Origin: a virus | Lineage: Duplodnaviria > Caudoviricetes | IMG/VR virus record: IMGVR_UViG_3300044878_000086 | Location: 1-44,661 of that record | Length of the DNA stretch: 44,661 nt | Reading direction: 5' to 3' (one strand) | In this document: piece by piece, positions 8,399-16,950 of the stretch | Layout: each line of letters begins with the position of its first letter | Position numbering within the stretch: the first letter of the stretch is position 1 | Position numbers and translations under genes: made by a program | Notes under the pieces: model-generated | The model's input: the letters and a program-made list of their open reading frames with translations, nothing else | What the model was told of the DNA's origin: nothing | Database searches by the model: none

Positions 8399-8991
8399 CG
8401 ATCGAGCGCAAGCAGCCGCGACCGAAAAAGTGCAAAAACCCAGCCTGCAAAACCTCATTCGTCCCGCAGCGCCTCGGGCAAGCCGTCTGCAACTACGCCT
8501 GCGGCCTGGCCATCAAGGACGTGAACCAGGAGAGGGCGCGCAAGGCTCTTGTCGACGTAGGGCGCAAGGAGGTCAAGGCGCAGAAGGAGAAGCTGAAGTC
8601 CCGCGGCGAGCACATGCGCGAGACCCAGATCGCCTTCAATGCCTACATCCGGGCGCGCGACCAGCTGGCCGGGCACGCCTGCATATCCAGCGGCAAGCCA
8701 TTGGACTGGAGCGGTAACGCGGTGGATGCCGGGCACTATCGCAGCGTTGGATCGGCGCCGCACTTGAGATTCGACGAGCGCAACTGCCACGCACAGAGCA
8801 AGCAGGACAACCGATTCCTGTCGGGAAACGCCGTGGACTACCGGATCGGCTTGATCGCTCGCATCGGCCAGGAAGCAGTCGACGCGCTTGAGGCGGATCA
8901 GTCCGTCCGCAAGTACACCATCGACGACCTGAAAGCCATCAAGACCCACTACCGGGCGCTGGCCCGCGAACTGAAGAGAGCGACAGCATGA
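8395..8991 (+). CDS. ninG: NinG/Rap recombination endonuclease
   Basis: FNAYIRARD..CISSG..DAGHYRSVGSAPHLRFDERNCHAQ. Confidence 0.9.
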   Translation: MTIERKQPRPKKCKNPACKTSFVPQRLGQAVCNYACGLAIKDVNQERARKALVDVGRKEVKAQKEKLKSRGEHMRETQIAFNAYIRARDQLAGHACISSGKPLDWSGNAVDAGHYRSVGSAPHLRFDERNCHAQSKQDNRFLSGNAVDYRIGLIARIGQEAVDALEADQSVRKYTIDDLKAIKTHYRALARELKRATA

Positions 8992-9260
8992 GCAAATCAC
9001 CTACTGCCAAGAGCCTGCGCGCTGGCCAAACGATCTACTACGCCGCCTATGTGCCGGGCGGTCAGTCAATGGCGTATCAGCTCCGCGCTGTGGCCGTGCT
9101 GAGCGACAAAGCCGAATTGCTCCCGCCATACGTGGTCGCTGACGGATTCCCTCGCTGGTTCATTCGTGAGCGCATGGCGGTTGCCGGTGGCCCTCACGGA
9201 CTTTCGTACAGTCGCCGCAAGGTGCTGTCGTGGATCAAGGCTCAGAAGGTGGTCGCATGA
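8988..9260 (+). CDS. hypothetical protein
   Basis: ATGA-coupled ORF in the nin operon. Confidence 0.55.
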   Translation: MSKSPTAKSLRAGQTIYYAAYVPGGQSMAYQLRAVAVLSDKAELLPPYVVADGFPRWFIRERMAVAGGPHGLSYSRRKVLSWIKAQKVVA

Positions 9261-9412
9261 CCCGCCGCCCATCCATGTTCCAGCAGCCAGCGCCATCGCC
9301 CTGGTACGTCAACAAAACCAAATGCACCGAGTGCGGCAAGTCTCGCGCCTCGGGCAGTCATGCGAAGTGCAGCCGGGCGCGGCAGATGCGGTTTGCGGCC
9401 GAAAATAAGTGA
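9257..9412 (+). CDS. small zinc-finger hypothetical protein
   Basis: CTECGK..HAKC; ATGA-coupled. Confidence 0.55.
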   Translation: MTRRPSMFQQPAPSPWYVNKTKCTECGKSRASGSHAKCSRARQMRFAAENK

Positions 9413-9430
9413 TGTCATTCTGATTATTAC

Positions 9431-9462
9431 GGTCCCTACAGAGGGACTGTATCGGATATGAT
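9431..9462 (+). promoter_or_regulatory. 18-bp palindrome at the -35 position of a TATGAT -10 element
   Basis: GGTCCCT-ACAG-AGGGACT (9431-9448); TATGAT 9457-9462. Confidence 0.7.
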
Positions 9463-9497
9463 AGCGCGCGTAGGCAAACAAACAGGGAGTGGACCGA

Positions 9498-9845
9498 ATG
9501 AGTCAGGTAAAGCCAGGTGTTTCTCTTCGCCATGAGCGAGCAAACCGAATCTACGTTGCCGGCCCTATGACCGGCATCGAGGACTTCAACTTTCCGGCCT
9601 TCAATCAGGCCGCCGAAATGCTTCGGGCCAAGGGTTACATCGTCGAGAATCCCGCCGATCACGGCCTTGTTGAAGGCGCTGAATGGGCGGACTACCTGGC
9701 CTACGACCTGACTCGAATCGGCCTCTGCGGATCTGTCTATCTGCTGCCGGGCTGGGAGCAGTCGAAGGGCGCGCAACTTGAAGTGCTGATCGCTACCCGG
9801 CTTGGCATGGAAATCATCGAAGCAGAAACCGAGGTGGCAGCATGA
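9498..9845 (+). CDS. DUF4406 / nucleoside 2-deoxyribosyltransferase-like protein
   Basis: IYVAGPMTG..FNFPAF..NPA..LLPGWEQSKGAQLE. Confidence 0.85.
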   Translation: MSQVKPGVSLRHERANRIYVAGPMTGIEDFNFPAFNQAAEMLRAKGYIVENPADHGLVEGAEWADYLAYDLTRIGLCGSVYLLPGWEQSKGAQLEVLIATRLGMEIIEAETEVAA

Positions 9846-10384
9846 GCAGATTGATTGGCATCGCTGGCCGGGCCGGTAGCGGAAAGGATACGGCGGGCGC
9901 GCGCCTGGTCGAGTGTTACGGTTTCCAGCAGTACGCCTTCGCCGATCCGATCCGGGCAATGCTCGGCGCGCTCGGCGCATTCCCGGCTGCCGACCTGGTC
10001 AATCGCGACACCAAGGAAGTGATCATCGACTGGCTGGGCAAAAGCCCGCGGCAGATGGCGCAGACCTTGGGCACCGAGTGGGGCCGCGAACTCGTTCACC
10101 CTCAATTGTGGGTTCTGATGGCGCAGCGCCGATGGGATGCAGCCAAGGCCGCAGGGCGCGATCTGGTCATCACTGACGTTCGCTTCGAGAACGAGGTCGA
10201 GTGGCTAAGGGGCGCTGGAGGCCGAGTGATCTACCTGGCGCGACCTGGCGCAGAGGCAGTCAGCGCGCACGCAAGCGAGCAGTACGACGCTTCGGTGCTC
10301 GCCGATTGGGCCATCTTGAACGACAACACGATCGACATTCTGCTGCATCGCGTCGATGAAGCCGTGACGGAGCTGTTCCCATGA
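9842..10384 (+). CDS. deoxynucleoside monophosphate kinase
   Basis: GRAGSGKDT P-loop, FADPIR, RQMAQTLGTEWGR, ITDVRFENE. Confidence 0.9.
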   Translation: MSRLIGIAGRAGSGKDTAGARLVECYGFQQYAFADPIRAMLGALGAFPAADLVNRDTKEVIIDWLGKSPRQMAQTLGTEWGRELVHPQLWVLMAQRRWDAAKAAGRDLVITDVRFENEVEWLRGAGGRVIYLARPGAEAVSAHASEQYDASVLADWAILNDNTIDILLHRVDEAVTELFP

Positions 10385-11568
10385 TGAAGAAGGCGACCGA
10401 CGAGCAGCTGAAGGAAGCGCTGGCAACCATGACCGTGGCGCAGACCGCTGCCCACTTCGGCATGAACGAGCGAACGGTCTGGTCGCGCAAGGCCAAGATG
10501 GCCCGTCAAGGCTGGAGCCCCGAGCACGACATGACCAAGACTGTCCCGGATGGGTTCCACCTGAAGGGCACGTCGACGCTGTATGACGAGGAAGGCAAGG
10601 CCAAGCTGCAATGGGTCAAGACCTCGATCGACCATGAGCGACAGGCCGAGCTTTACGCAGCGTTCGCCCGGGCCTTCCTTGAGGATGTCGACGCGCTGCC
10701 TGAGATCAAGGCGCCCGAGCAAGCCCTCGATACGGACATCATCCCCTGGTTCCAAATCGGTGACGCCCACGTTGGGATGCTCGCGCACTCGAACGAGGTC
10801 GGCCACAACTTCGACCTGAAGATTGCCGAGCGCGAGCTGATCGTCGCCATGCACAAGCTGATTGACCGCGCCCCGAGCTGCGAGCGCTGCGTCATTCAGG
10901 ATCTTGGGGATATGTCGCACTACCAGGACTTCACCGCCAAGAGCGAGTCCGGCCACGACTTCGACTTCGACAGCCGATACCCGAAGATGATTGAAGTGTG
11001 CGCCCGGATCATGCGCTCTATCGTGGACAAGGCCCTGGCGAAATTCCAATTCGTTGACGTGATCGTTAACCAGGGCAACCACTCCCGCTCGAACGATGTG
11101 TGGATGCGGATCTTCCTGAATCACGTCTACACGGACAATCCGCGCCTTCACGTCCTCGACAACTCCAGCGTGTTCATCCCGTACCGGATGGGCAACACCT
11201 TCGTCATGTGCCACCACAGCGACAAGTGCAAGCCGGATCGCCTGATTGACGTGATGTCTACTGACTTCTCTGTCGACTGGGGCGAAGCGACCTACCGCTA
11301 CATCGATATCGGCCATATCCACCACCGCATGCAGTCGAAGGAATCGGCAGGCGTGACGGTTGAGTCATGGAATCAGCTCGCCCCGGGCGACAAGTACGCG
11401 CACGACGGCGGCTGGCGGTCCAGGGCATGCCTGACGGCCGTCCTACGCTCCAAGACCTACGGCGAGAAGGGTCGAATCACTATCAGCGCCGAAGAGGTGA
11501 AGGACATCATCTCGAACGCTATCCCGGGCGCCGAAGCATCCAAGCGCCGCGCTGTTTATTCGGTGTGA
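10381..11568 (+). CDS. calcineurin-like metallophosphoesterase with N-terminal HTH
   Basis: GDAHVG, DLGD, GNHS, HH, GHIHH motifs; TVAQTAAHFGMNERTV HTH. Confidence 0.8.
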   Translation: MMKKATDEQLKEALATMTVAQTAAHFGMNERTVWSRKAKMARQGWSPEHDMTKTVPDGFHLKGTSTLYDEEGKAKLQWVKTSIDHERQAELYAAFARAFLEDVDALPEIKAPEQALDTDIIPWFQIGDAHVGMLAHSNEVGHNFDLKIAERELIVAMHKLIDRAPSCERCVIQDLGDMSHYQDFTAKSESGHDFDFDSRYPKMIEVCARIMRSIVDKALAKFQFVDVIVNQGNHSRSNDVWMRIFLNHVYTDNPRLHVLDNSSVFIPYRMGNTFVMCHHSDKCKPDRLIDVMSTDFSVDWGEATYRYIDIGHIHHRMQSKESAGVTVESWNQLAPGDKYAHDGGWRSRACLTAVLRSKTYGEKGRITISAEEVKDIISNAIPGAEASKRRAVYSV

Positions 11569-11626
11569 AACAACAACCGGGGGCGGATCTGTATGGGGCC
11601 GCATCAGTAAATATCAGGGGTGATAG

Positions 11627-12172
11627 ATGATCTACAGAAGCGTAATCGCAGCAGTCGTCCGGGCGCTGGCAGCCGAAACCATGAGCGGTATGGGCGGCCA
11701 GGACTTCGAGCCGAAGGTTCAGGCGGCAAAGCAGAAGGGGGCGATTGTTGGGAAGGAAGCGGCATTGCTCGTCGACTGCATGCTGTTCAGCCGTCTGCAC
11801 AAGAACCTGAGCGCAGCGCACTGGCTCGCACTGGTAGCCAAGTTCTCGACGCACACCGACCGCAAGCACGACGCCATCAGGGAGTTGACGAGGGCAGTCA
11901 GCTCGCCAGCGCCTGAGCAGTTCCGCAAATGCGCCGTAGTGACCTGGGCAATCCCAAAGCTTCCAGGCGCAGAAGGGAAGCGCAGCGTGAACACCCTGCA
12001 GGCCAAGTGGTACGAAATGGATAACTGGTGTGATGATCCGGCGCCGATCAAGACCCAGGAGCGCTGGCGGCGTGATATCCGCAAGGCGCTGGAGCGGCAA
12101 GTGGACGAGGCTTTATCGGAGGCTCAGGTGATTCTCGACAATGAGGGTCTTTTGTTGGCTATGGTCTCTTGA
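11627..12172 (+). CDS. late antiterminator Q-like protein
   Basis: Last early gene before a late promoter/terminator and the holin; C-terminal helix typical of Pseudomonas Q-like proteins. Confidence 0.6.
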   Translation: MIYRSVIAAVVRALAAETMSGMGGQDFEPKVQAAKQKGAIVGKEAALLVDCMLFSRLHKNLSAAHWLALVAKFSTHTDRKHDAIRELTRAVSSPAPEQFRKCAVVTWAIPKLPGAEGKRSVNTLQAKWYEMDNWCDDPAPIKTQERWRRDIRKALERQVDEALSEAQVILDNEGLLLAMVS

Positions 12173-12198
12173 CAGGGACTGAGCCAGTGAGCCATTCT
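12163..12198 (+). promoter_or_regulatory. late promoter pR'-like, with an 18-bp palindrome over the -35
   Basis: TTGACA 12169-12174 inside GGTCTCT-TGAC-AGGGACT; TGAGCCA direct repeat (qut-like) in the spacer; CATTCT as -10. Confidence 0.65.
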
Positions 12199-12240
12199 AT
12201 GTCCATCCTGCCGATATTGCGGGTCAGGTAGTTGTAATGG

Positions 12241-12258
12241 GGTCTCTTGAGAGGGACC
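12241..12258. promoter_or_regulatory. 18-bp palindromic operator-like site
   Basis: GGTCTCT-TGAG-AGGGACC. Confidence 0.75.
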
Positions 12259-12295
12259 CTAAGGCATCAAGATAAGGTCAGCGTCTACATCGGAA

Positions 12296-12357
12296 TGCCA
12301 GCTAGATCGACAGGAAGCTCTCACCCCTGGCGAAATGTTGATTGAGCTGGCACCCCA
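12296..12357 (+). ncRNA. candidate hairpin RNA with CCA end
   Basis: TGCCAGCT/AGCTGGCA closing stem extended by ATCGACA/TGTTGAT, followed by CCCCA. Confidence 0.35.
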
Positions 12358-12358
12358 A

Positions 12359-12490
12359 TGCAGATGAACCGATGGATGCGGGAAACGCCAATTCTTCCCC
12401 GGATACTTGATCGCGGCAATTGAGCTGAAAGCGCGACGAAGTGATAACGCCGGGAGCGGGTACGGTTCGCCAGACCCAACATCTGCACCA
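12359..12490 (+). ncRNA. candidate tRNA-like structured RNA (132 nt)
   Basis: TGCAGATG/CATCTGCA acceptor-like stem + CCA; GGGT-ACGGTTCGCCAG-ACCC T-arm-like hairpin; long internal arm. Confidence 0.45.
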
Positions 12491-12497
12491 AACACAT

Positions 12498-12527
12498 AAC
12501 CCAGCCATCGAGCTGGGTTTCTCGTTT
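12498..12527 (+). terminator. tR'-like terminator
   Basis: AACCCAGC-CATCGA-GCTGGGTT followed by TCTCGTTT. Confidence 0.55.
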
Positions 12528-12608
12528 CTGGCTCCCGTGCAGCCTCTAATCGCTTCGGCAAGGCCATGCACGGGGACCGGATCTAATTCAGCCCCGAGGG
12601 GCCAGAGA

Positions 12609-12935
12609 ATGCGCCCCATGACCGATAACCCCGACAACCTGCCCCGCTTCATTGAGTGGCTGAGCAACTACCCAGTTGTCTACGCCGCCGCCCTGTCGTG
12701 CTGGATCGCCTTCTTGCGGGTTATGTACAACCGCGGCGGGTGGCGACAGTCATTCCTTGAAGCTGGCCTGTGCGGCGCGATCACTGCCGGGGCATTCCCG
12801 CTGCTGGAATACCTGGGCCTGCCGCTGAACCTTGCGGCTGCGCTGGGGGCAATCATCGGCACGCTGGGCGTGAAAAAGATCGTTTCCATGGCAGAGCAAT
12901 ACGCCGACATCAAATTCCCGGGAAGAGGGCAATGA
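12609..12935 (+). CDS. lambda-family holin, possible dual start M-R-P-M
   Basis: Three hydrophobic segments, IAFLRVMY..EAGLCG..IGTLGV pattern, basic tail. Confidence 0.8.
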   Translation: MRPMTDNPDNLPRFIEWLSNYPVVYAAALSCWIAFLRVMYNRGGWRQSFLEAGLCGAITAGAFPLLEYLGLPLNLAAALGAIIGTLGVKKIVSMAEQYADIKFPGRGQ

Positions 12936-12936
12936 C

Positions 12937-13131
12937 ATGCAGCTGATCGACAACTGGAAAGACGCCTGGAAGCTGAGCAGCGTTCAAGCGGGCGCGGCCA
13001 TCACTGCGCTGGGCGTGGCTGAGCAGGTATTGCCGGCACTGCAAGCGGCGCTGCCGACCGGTATCTACGCGATCCTGGGTGCGCTGGTCATGATTGCCCG
13101 CATCGTGCTTCAGCCGAAGCTGGTCAAGTAA
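12937..13131 (+). CDS. small two-TM holin-like membrane protein
   Basis: MQLIDNWKDAWKLSSVQ..ARIVLQPKL; two hydrophobic segments, no lipobox Cys. Confidence 0.65.
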   Translation: MQLIDNWKDAWKLSSVQAGAAITALGVAEQVLPALQAALPTGIYAILGALVMIARIVLQPKLVK

Positions 13132-13137
13132 ATATCC

Positions 13138-13173
13138 CGCGCTACGAATTCACAAAGCGCGAAACGTAGCGCG
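13138..13173. repeat. 36-bp inverted repeat family, copy 2
   Basis: CGCGCTACG-N18-CGTAGCGCG. Confidence 0.8.
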
Positions 13174-13183
13174 GAGATAGAGC

Positions 13184-13612
13184 ATGACGACCATTGCCTA
13201 CAAAGACGGGATAATCGCCTACGACTCGCAGATCACGCGGGGCGACACCATCACCTATGACGACTACGAAAAGTGTCATGAGGTCAAAGGTGTGAAGTTC
13301 ATCTGCTCCGGCCCGGTCCCTGACTATCCGGCGCTGATCTCTGCCTACTTCGGCGACAAGCCTTCCGGCAATATCGACGCAGCTGCCATCGTCTTGGATG
13401 GCGAGCAGTTGCTGATGTTCGCCGTAGACAACGACACGGGCCCATGGAAAAGCCCGGTCCTGCTCGACAGGCCATATGCCATTGGTAGCGGATCGCCCTA
13501 TGCGTTCGCTGCAATGGACATGGGCGGAACTGCCTATCAGGCGGTAGAGGCTGCCAAGAGGCGCGACACCTCAACCGGCGGGACCATCCGCACGCTGACC
13601 ATCAAGGCATGA
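13184..13612 (+). CDS. HslV/proteasome-beta-like Ntn hydrolase
   Basis: N-terminal MTTIAY, AYDSQIT, AIGSGS.YA.AAM, RDTSTGG. Confidence 0.8.
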   Translation: MTTIAYKDGIIAYDSQITRGDTITYDDYEKCHEVKGVKFICSGPVPDYPALISAYFGDKPSGNIDAAAIVLDGEQLLMFAVDNDTGPWKSPVLLDRPYAIGSGSPYAFAAMDMGGTAYQAVEAAKRRDTSTGGTIRTLTIKA

Positions 13613-13785
13613 CCGTATCCCCTGAGCGCATTCGCTGAGTGCGCTGACGAGATACCAGCATCATTCGAATTCTATTGGAGGCCTTGAATAGCGCGGGCTC
13701 CAGCCAATCAACAGAGCATCGAATGACGCTCGAACGGCATTGAAAGGTCGTTCTGCGGAAACCAACCCCATGAATGAGGCTGAAC

Positions 13786-14337
13786 ATGGCCCTATGCGGA
13801 TCAAAAACCCGCAGCGGGGAACCATGCAAGCGTCACGCAATACCGGGTTCCTCTCGCTGCAAGCTGCACGGTGGCAAGAGCACGGGGCCAAAGGAGCAGC
13901 GGGGCAATAAGAACGCCGCCAAGCCCGGATCGATCTACAGCCAGTTCCTGACAGATGCAGAGAACGACATGCTCGCCAGCATTGAGCTGGGGCGCGTTGA
14001 CGATGAGCTGCGCCTGACTCGCATTCGTTTGATGCGGGCTCTGGCCAGGGAGAACGAGTTCGGCAACACGCTTGAGGTCGACAGCGAGAAGCGCGAGCCG
14101 CTTGAGGTTGACGGCAAGGCGGTAGAAGGCGCCGAGAAGGTCACCATCAACAACAAGGTGCGCGACTACTCAAGCCTGATCGATCGCCTCACTGCGCGCA
14201 TCGAGAGCTTGGAGCGCACCCGCGCCGACCTGCTGAAAGCGAATCCGCCTGAGCAGCTGCCAGTGGCCAGAATTGAAATTGAGGTGGTCCGTGGCAGGCA
14301 GAACCCTAAAGCTCCAGATGACGGAGCCTCAGCTTGA
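13786..14337 (+). CDS. terS: terminase small subunit (HGGxSTG zinc-finger N-terminus)
   Basis: CGSKTRSGEPC..RCKLHGGKSTGP..GNKNAAK; directly before TerL. Confidence 0.75.
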   Translation: MALCGSKTRSGEPCKRHAIPGSSRCKLHGGKSTGPKEQRGNKNAAKPGSIYSQFLTDAENDMLASIELGRVDDELRLTRIRLMRALARENEFGNTLEVDSEKREPLEVDGKAVEGAEKVTINNKVRDYSSLIDRLTARIESLERTRADLLKANPPEQLPVARIEIEVVRGRQNPKAPDDGASA

Positions 14338-15565
14338 ATTCTACGAGCTGAAGGATAAGTACCCGGCATTCATCGGCGGGTTTGGCACGGGCAAAACTGA
14401 AACGCTCGCCAACTGCGCCGTACGCGATGCTTTGGAGTCGTCTAGCGCCCTTATCGCGCTGTACGAGCCGACCTATGACTTGGTGCGCCTCATCCTTGCC
14501 CCGCGCATGGAAGAGAAGCTCTCCGACATGGGCATCAGGTACAAGTACAACAAGCAAGAGAACATCATCTACACCAGCTCCGGCCAGTGTGGTGACTTCG
14601 TCCTTCGCACCTTGGAAAACCCGGCGCGCATCGTCGGTTATCAGTCCTACCGGGCGCACGTCGATGAGATCGACACGCTCAAAAAGGATCAGGCGCGACT
14701 GGCCTGGCAGAAGATCATTGCGCGGAATCGTCAGCAGCCTGAAGGGGCTGACCCGCTAAATCGTGTGTCGGCCTACACCACTCCGGAAGGCTTCCGGTTC
14801 GTGTTCGATACCTGGGGGCGCAACCCTAAGCCTGGTTACCGGATGATTCAGGCGGCTACCTACACGAACCCATTCCTGCCTGACGACTACGTTGACTCGC
14901 TGAGAGACAGCTACCCGCCGGCACTGATTGCCGCTTACATCGAGGGCAAGTTCACCAACTTGAACAGCGGCAGCGTCTACCCGGACTTCTGCCGCAAGCT
15001 GAATCACACGGATGAGGTCGAGCGAGAACGCGAGCCGCTGCTGATCGGCATGGACTTTAACCGATTGAAAATGAGCGGCGTGGTCTATGTCCAGCGTGAC
15101 GGGCATCCCGTTGCTGTGGCTGAGATCACAGATGGTCGAGATACGCCGTACATGGCCGAGCTGATCAAGGCTCAGTACAAGGACAAAGGTCACCCAATCC
15201 AGATATTCCCCGATGCCTCGGGCGCCAACTCCAGCAGCAAGAATGCCAGCGAGTCGGACCTGAGCATTCTGAGGCAGGCCGGTTTCTCCATTCGCGTGAA
15301 TAGCCGAAACCCAGCCATTGCAGACCGAGTCAACGCCGTGAACGCGCTGATCCTCAATGGCAAGGGCGAGCGGCGGCTGAAGATCAACACGAATCGCTGC
15401 CCGCACCTCACTGACGGGATTGAACAGCAGCCCTACGACAAGAACGGTATGCCGGACAAGTCGAGCGGTATTGACCACTTGAACGACGCGGCCGGCTATC
15501 CGCTCGCCTTCTTGTATCCAATCGTCAAGCCAGCGCCAACCCAAACCCAAGACCTGAGAATTTAA
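14291..15565 (+). CDS. terL: terminase large subunit
   Basis: GGFGTGKT Walker A, HVDE Walker B, TTPEG, GMDFN and DHLNDA nuclease motifs; GTG start chosen from GAGG SD. Confidence 0.92.
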   Translation: MAGRTLKLQMTEPQLEFYELKDKYPAFIGGFGTGKTETLANCAVRDALESSSALIALYEPTYDLVRLILAPRMEEKLSDMGIRYKYNKQENIIYTSSGQCGDFVLRTLENPARIVGYQSYRAHVDEIDTLKKDQARLAWQKIIARNRQQPEGADPLNRVSAYTTPEGFRFVFDTWGRNPKPGYRMIQAATYTNPFLPDDYVDSLRDSYPPALIAAYIEGKFTNLNSGSVYPDFCRKLNHTDEVEREREPLLIGMDFNRLKMSGVVYVQRDGHPVAVAEITDGRDTPYMAELIKAQYKDKGHPIQIFPDASGANSSSKNASESDLSILRQAGFSIRVNSRNPAIADRVNAVNALILNGKGERRLKINTNRCPHLTDGIEQQPYDKNGMPDKSSGIDHLNDAAGYPLAFLYPIVKPAPTQTQDLRI

Positions 15566-15567
15566 CC

Positions 15568-16947
15568 ATGAGCAACGACGACCCGAGCATCGCACTCCCG
15601 GCGGTTGTCCGCATGCGCGAGTATTGGGCCATTGTCGATCCGCTGATGGGCGGCACTCAGGCCATGCGAGCGGCCGGCAAGGCCTTGCTGCCTCAGTACC
15701 CAGCAGAGAAAGACGACACCTATGCCGAGCGGCTGAAGCTTTCCACCTTGCTCCCGGCCTACGCCGAGACGGTGGCCAGCAGCACTTCCCGCGTATTCGC
15801 TGAGCCTCTTCAGCTGGGCGAGGATATTCCTGAGCCGATCAAGCTGCTTTCAGCCGACATCGACCTGGGCGGCAATGACCTCAATTCGTGGTCGGTCGAG
15901 TGGTTCCGCGAGGCGCTGGCCAAAGGCTTGTGTCACGCGATGATCGAGCATCAGCCGACCCTCGATGCCGATGGGAAAAAGCTATACAAGACTCTCGCAG
16001 AGGAACAAAAGGCAGGGGTTCGCCCTTACGCCGTCATCATCAAGCCGGGCCAGGTGCTCGGCTGGCGCTTCGACGGCGGCAAGCTGATGCAAGTTCGCTA
16101 CATGGAGTCGGTCGAGGTCGCAGAAGGCGACTTCGGCGTAAAGTGCGTGGATCAGGTCCGCGTGCTGGAGCCTGGAAGCTGGCGCACCTACCGCAAGCCT
16201 GACAATGGCGGCGCCTGGGCTGAGCACGATAAAGGTCTGACCAGCCTCACATACATTCCATGGGTGACGTTCTACACGGACCGCACCGGGCCGATGACGG
16301 CTAAGCCGCCACTGCTCGAACTGGCTCACCTGAACGTCAAGCACTGGCAGTCACAGAGCGACCAGGACAACTTGCTGCACGTTGCCCGCGTCCCGCTGCT
16401 GTTCGTGTTCACCGACAACGAAGAATTCCAGCTGACTATCAGCTCGGCCAGCGCGACCCGCATGCCGAAGGACGGCAACGCCAAGTACGTCGAGCACACC
16501 GGGGCGGCAATCACTGCCGGGCGCGACTCGCTGAACGATCTGGTCGACGATATGCGTATGGCCGGGGCCAAGCTGCTCCAGAAGGACAAGCAGGCCGTGA
16601 AGACGGCGGCGCAGGCCAACGAGGAAGCGGCGCAGGAATTGTCCCCGCTGGCTCGCCTGGCTGGTCAGTTCGCCGACTGCATCGCCCAATTGCTCCAGAT
16701 CCTGGCCGACTACGGCAGCTTGGGTGATGGTGGCCAAGTCGAAATGCGCGGCAACTTCGACAGCGACTTCGCGCCTGAAGTGTCTCTGCCCAACCTGATC
16801 AGCATGGCTAACTCCGGCAAGCTCAGCGACGAAACGCTCTACTCCGAAATGCAGCGCCGGGGCGTCATCAGTGACGAGCTCGACTGGCCGCAGGAGTTTG
16901 CGCGCATACAAACTCAACCCAGCAAAGGCGTGAGCCTGGACGATTAA
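15568..16947 (+). CDS. portal protein (DUF4055-like)
   Basis: Follows TerL; KPPLLELAHLNVKHWQSQSD motif; 459 aa. Confidence 0.88.
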   Translation: MSNDDPSIALPAVVRMREYWAIVDPLMGGTQAMRAAGKALLPQYPAEKDDTYAERLKLSTLLPAYAETVASSTSRVFAEPLQLGEDIPEPIKLLSADIDLGGNDLNSWSVEWFREALAKGLCHAMIEHQPTLDADGKKLYKTLAEEQKAGVRPYAVIIKPGQVLGWRFDGGKLMQVRYMESVEVAEGDFGVKCVDQVRVLEPGSWRTYRKPDNGGAWAEHDKGLTSLTYIPWVTFYTDRTGPMTAKPPLLELAHLNVKHWQSQSDQDNLLHVARVPLLFVFTDNEEFQLTISSASATRMPKDGNAKYVEHTGAAITAGRDSLNDLVDDMRMAGAKLLQKDKQAVKTAAQANEEAAQELSPLARLAGQFADCIAQLLQILADYGSLGDGGQVEMRGNFDSDFAPEVSLPNLISMANSGKLSDETLYSEMQRRGVISDELDWPQEFARIQTQPSKGVSLDD

Positions 16948-16950
16948 CCC

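Noticed and set aside
12359-12490. Canonical tRNA gene
   Set aside because: No proper D-arm or 7-nt anticodon loop and too long; kept only as a tRNA-like candidate
13314-13320. Isolated GGTCCCT / AGGGACT half-sites in coding DNA (also 30441)
   Set aside because: No matching second half at 4-bp spacing
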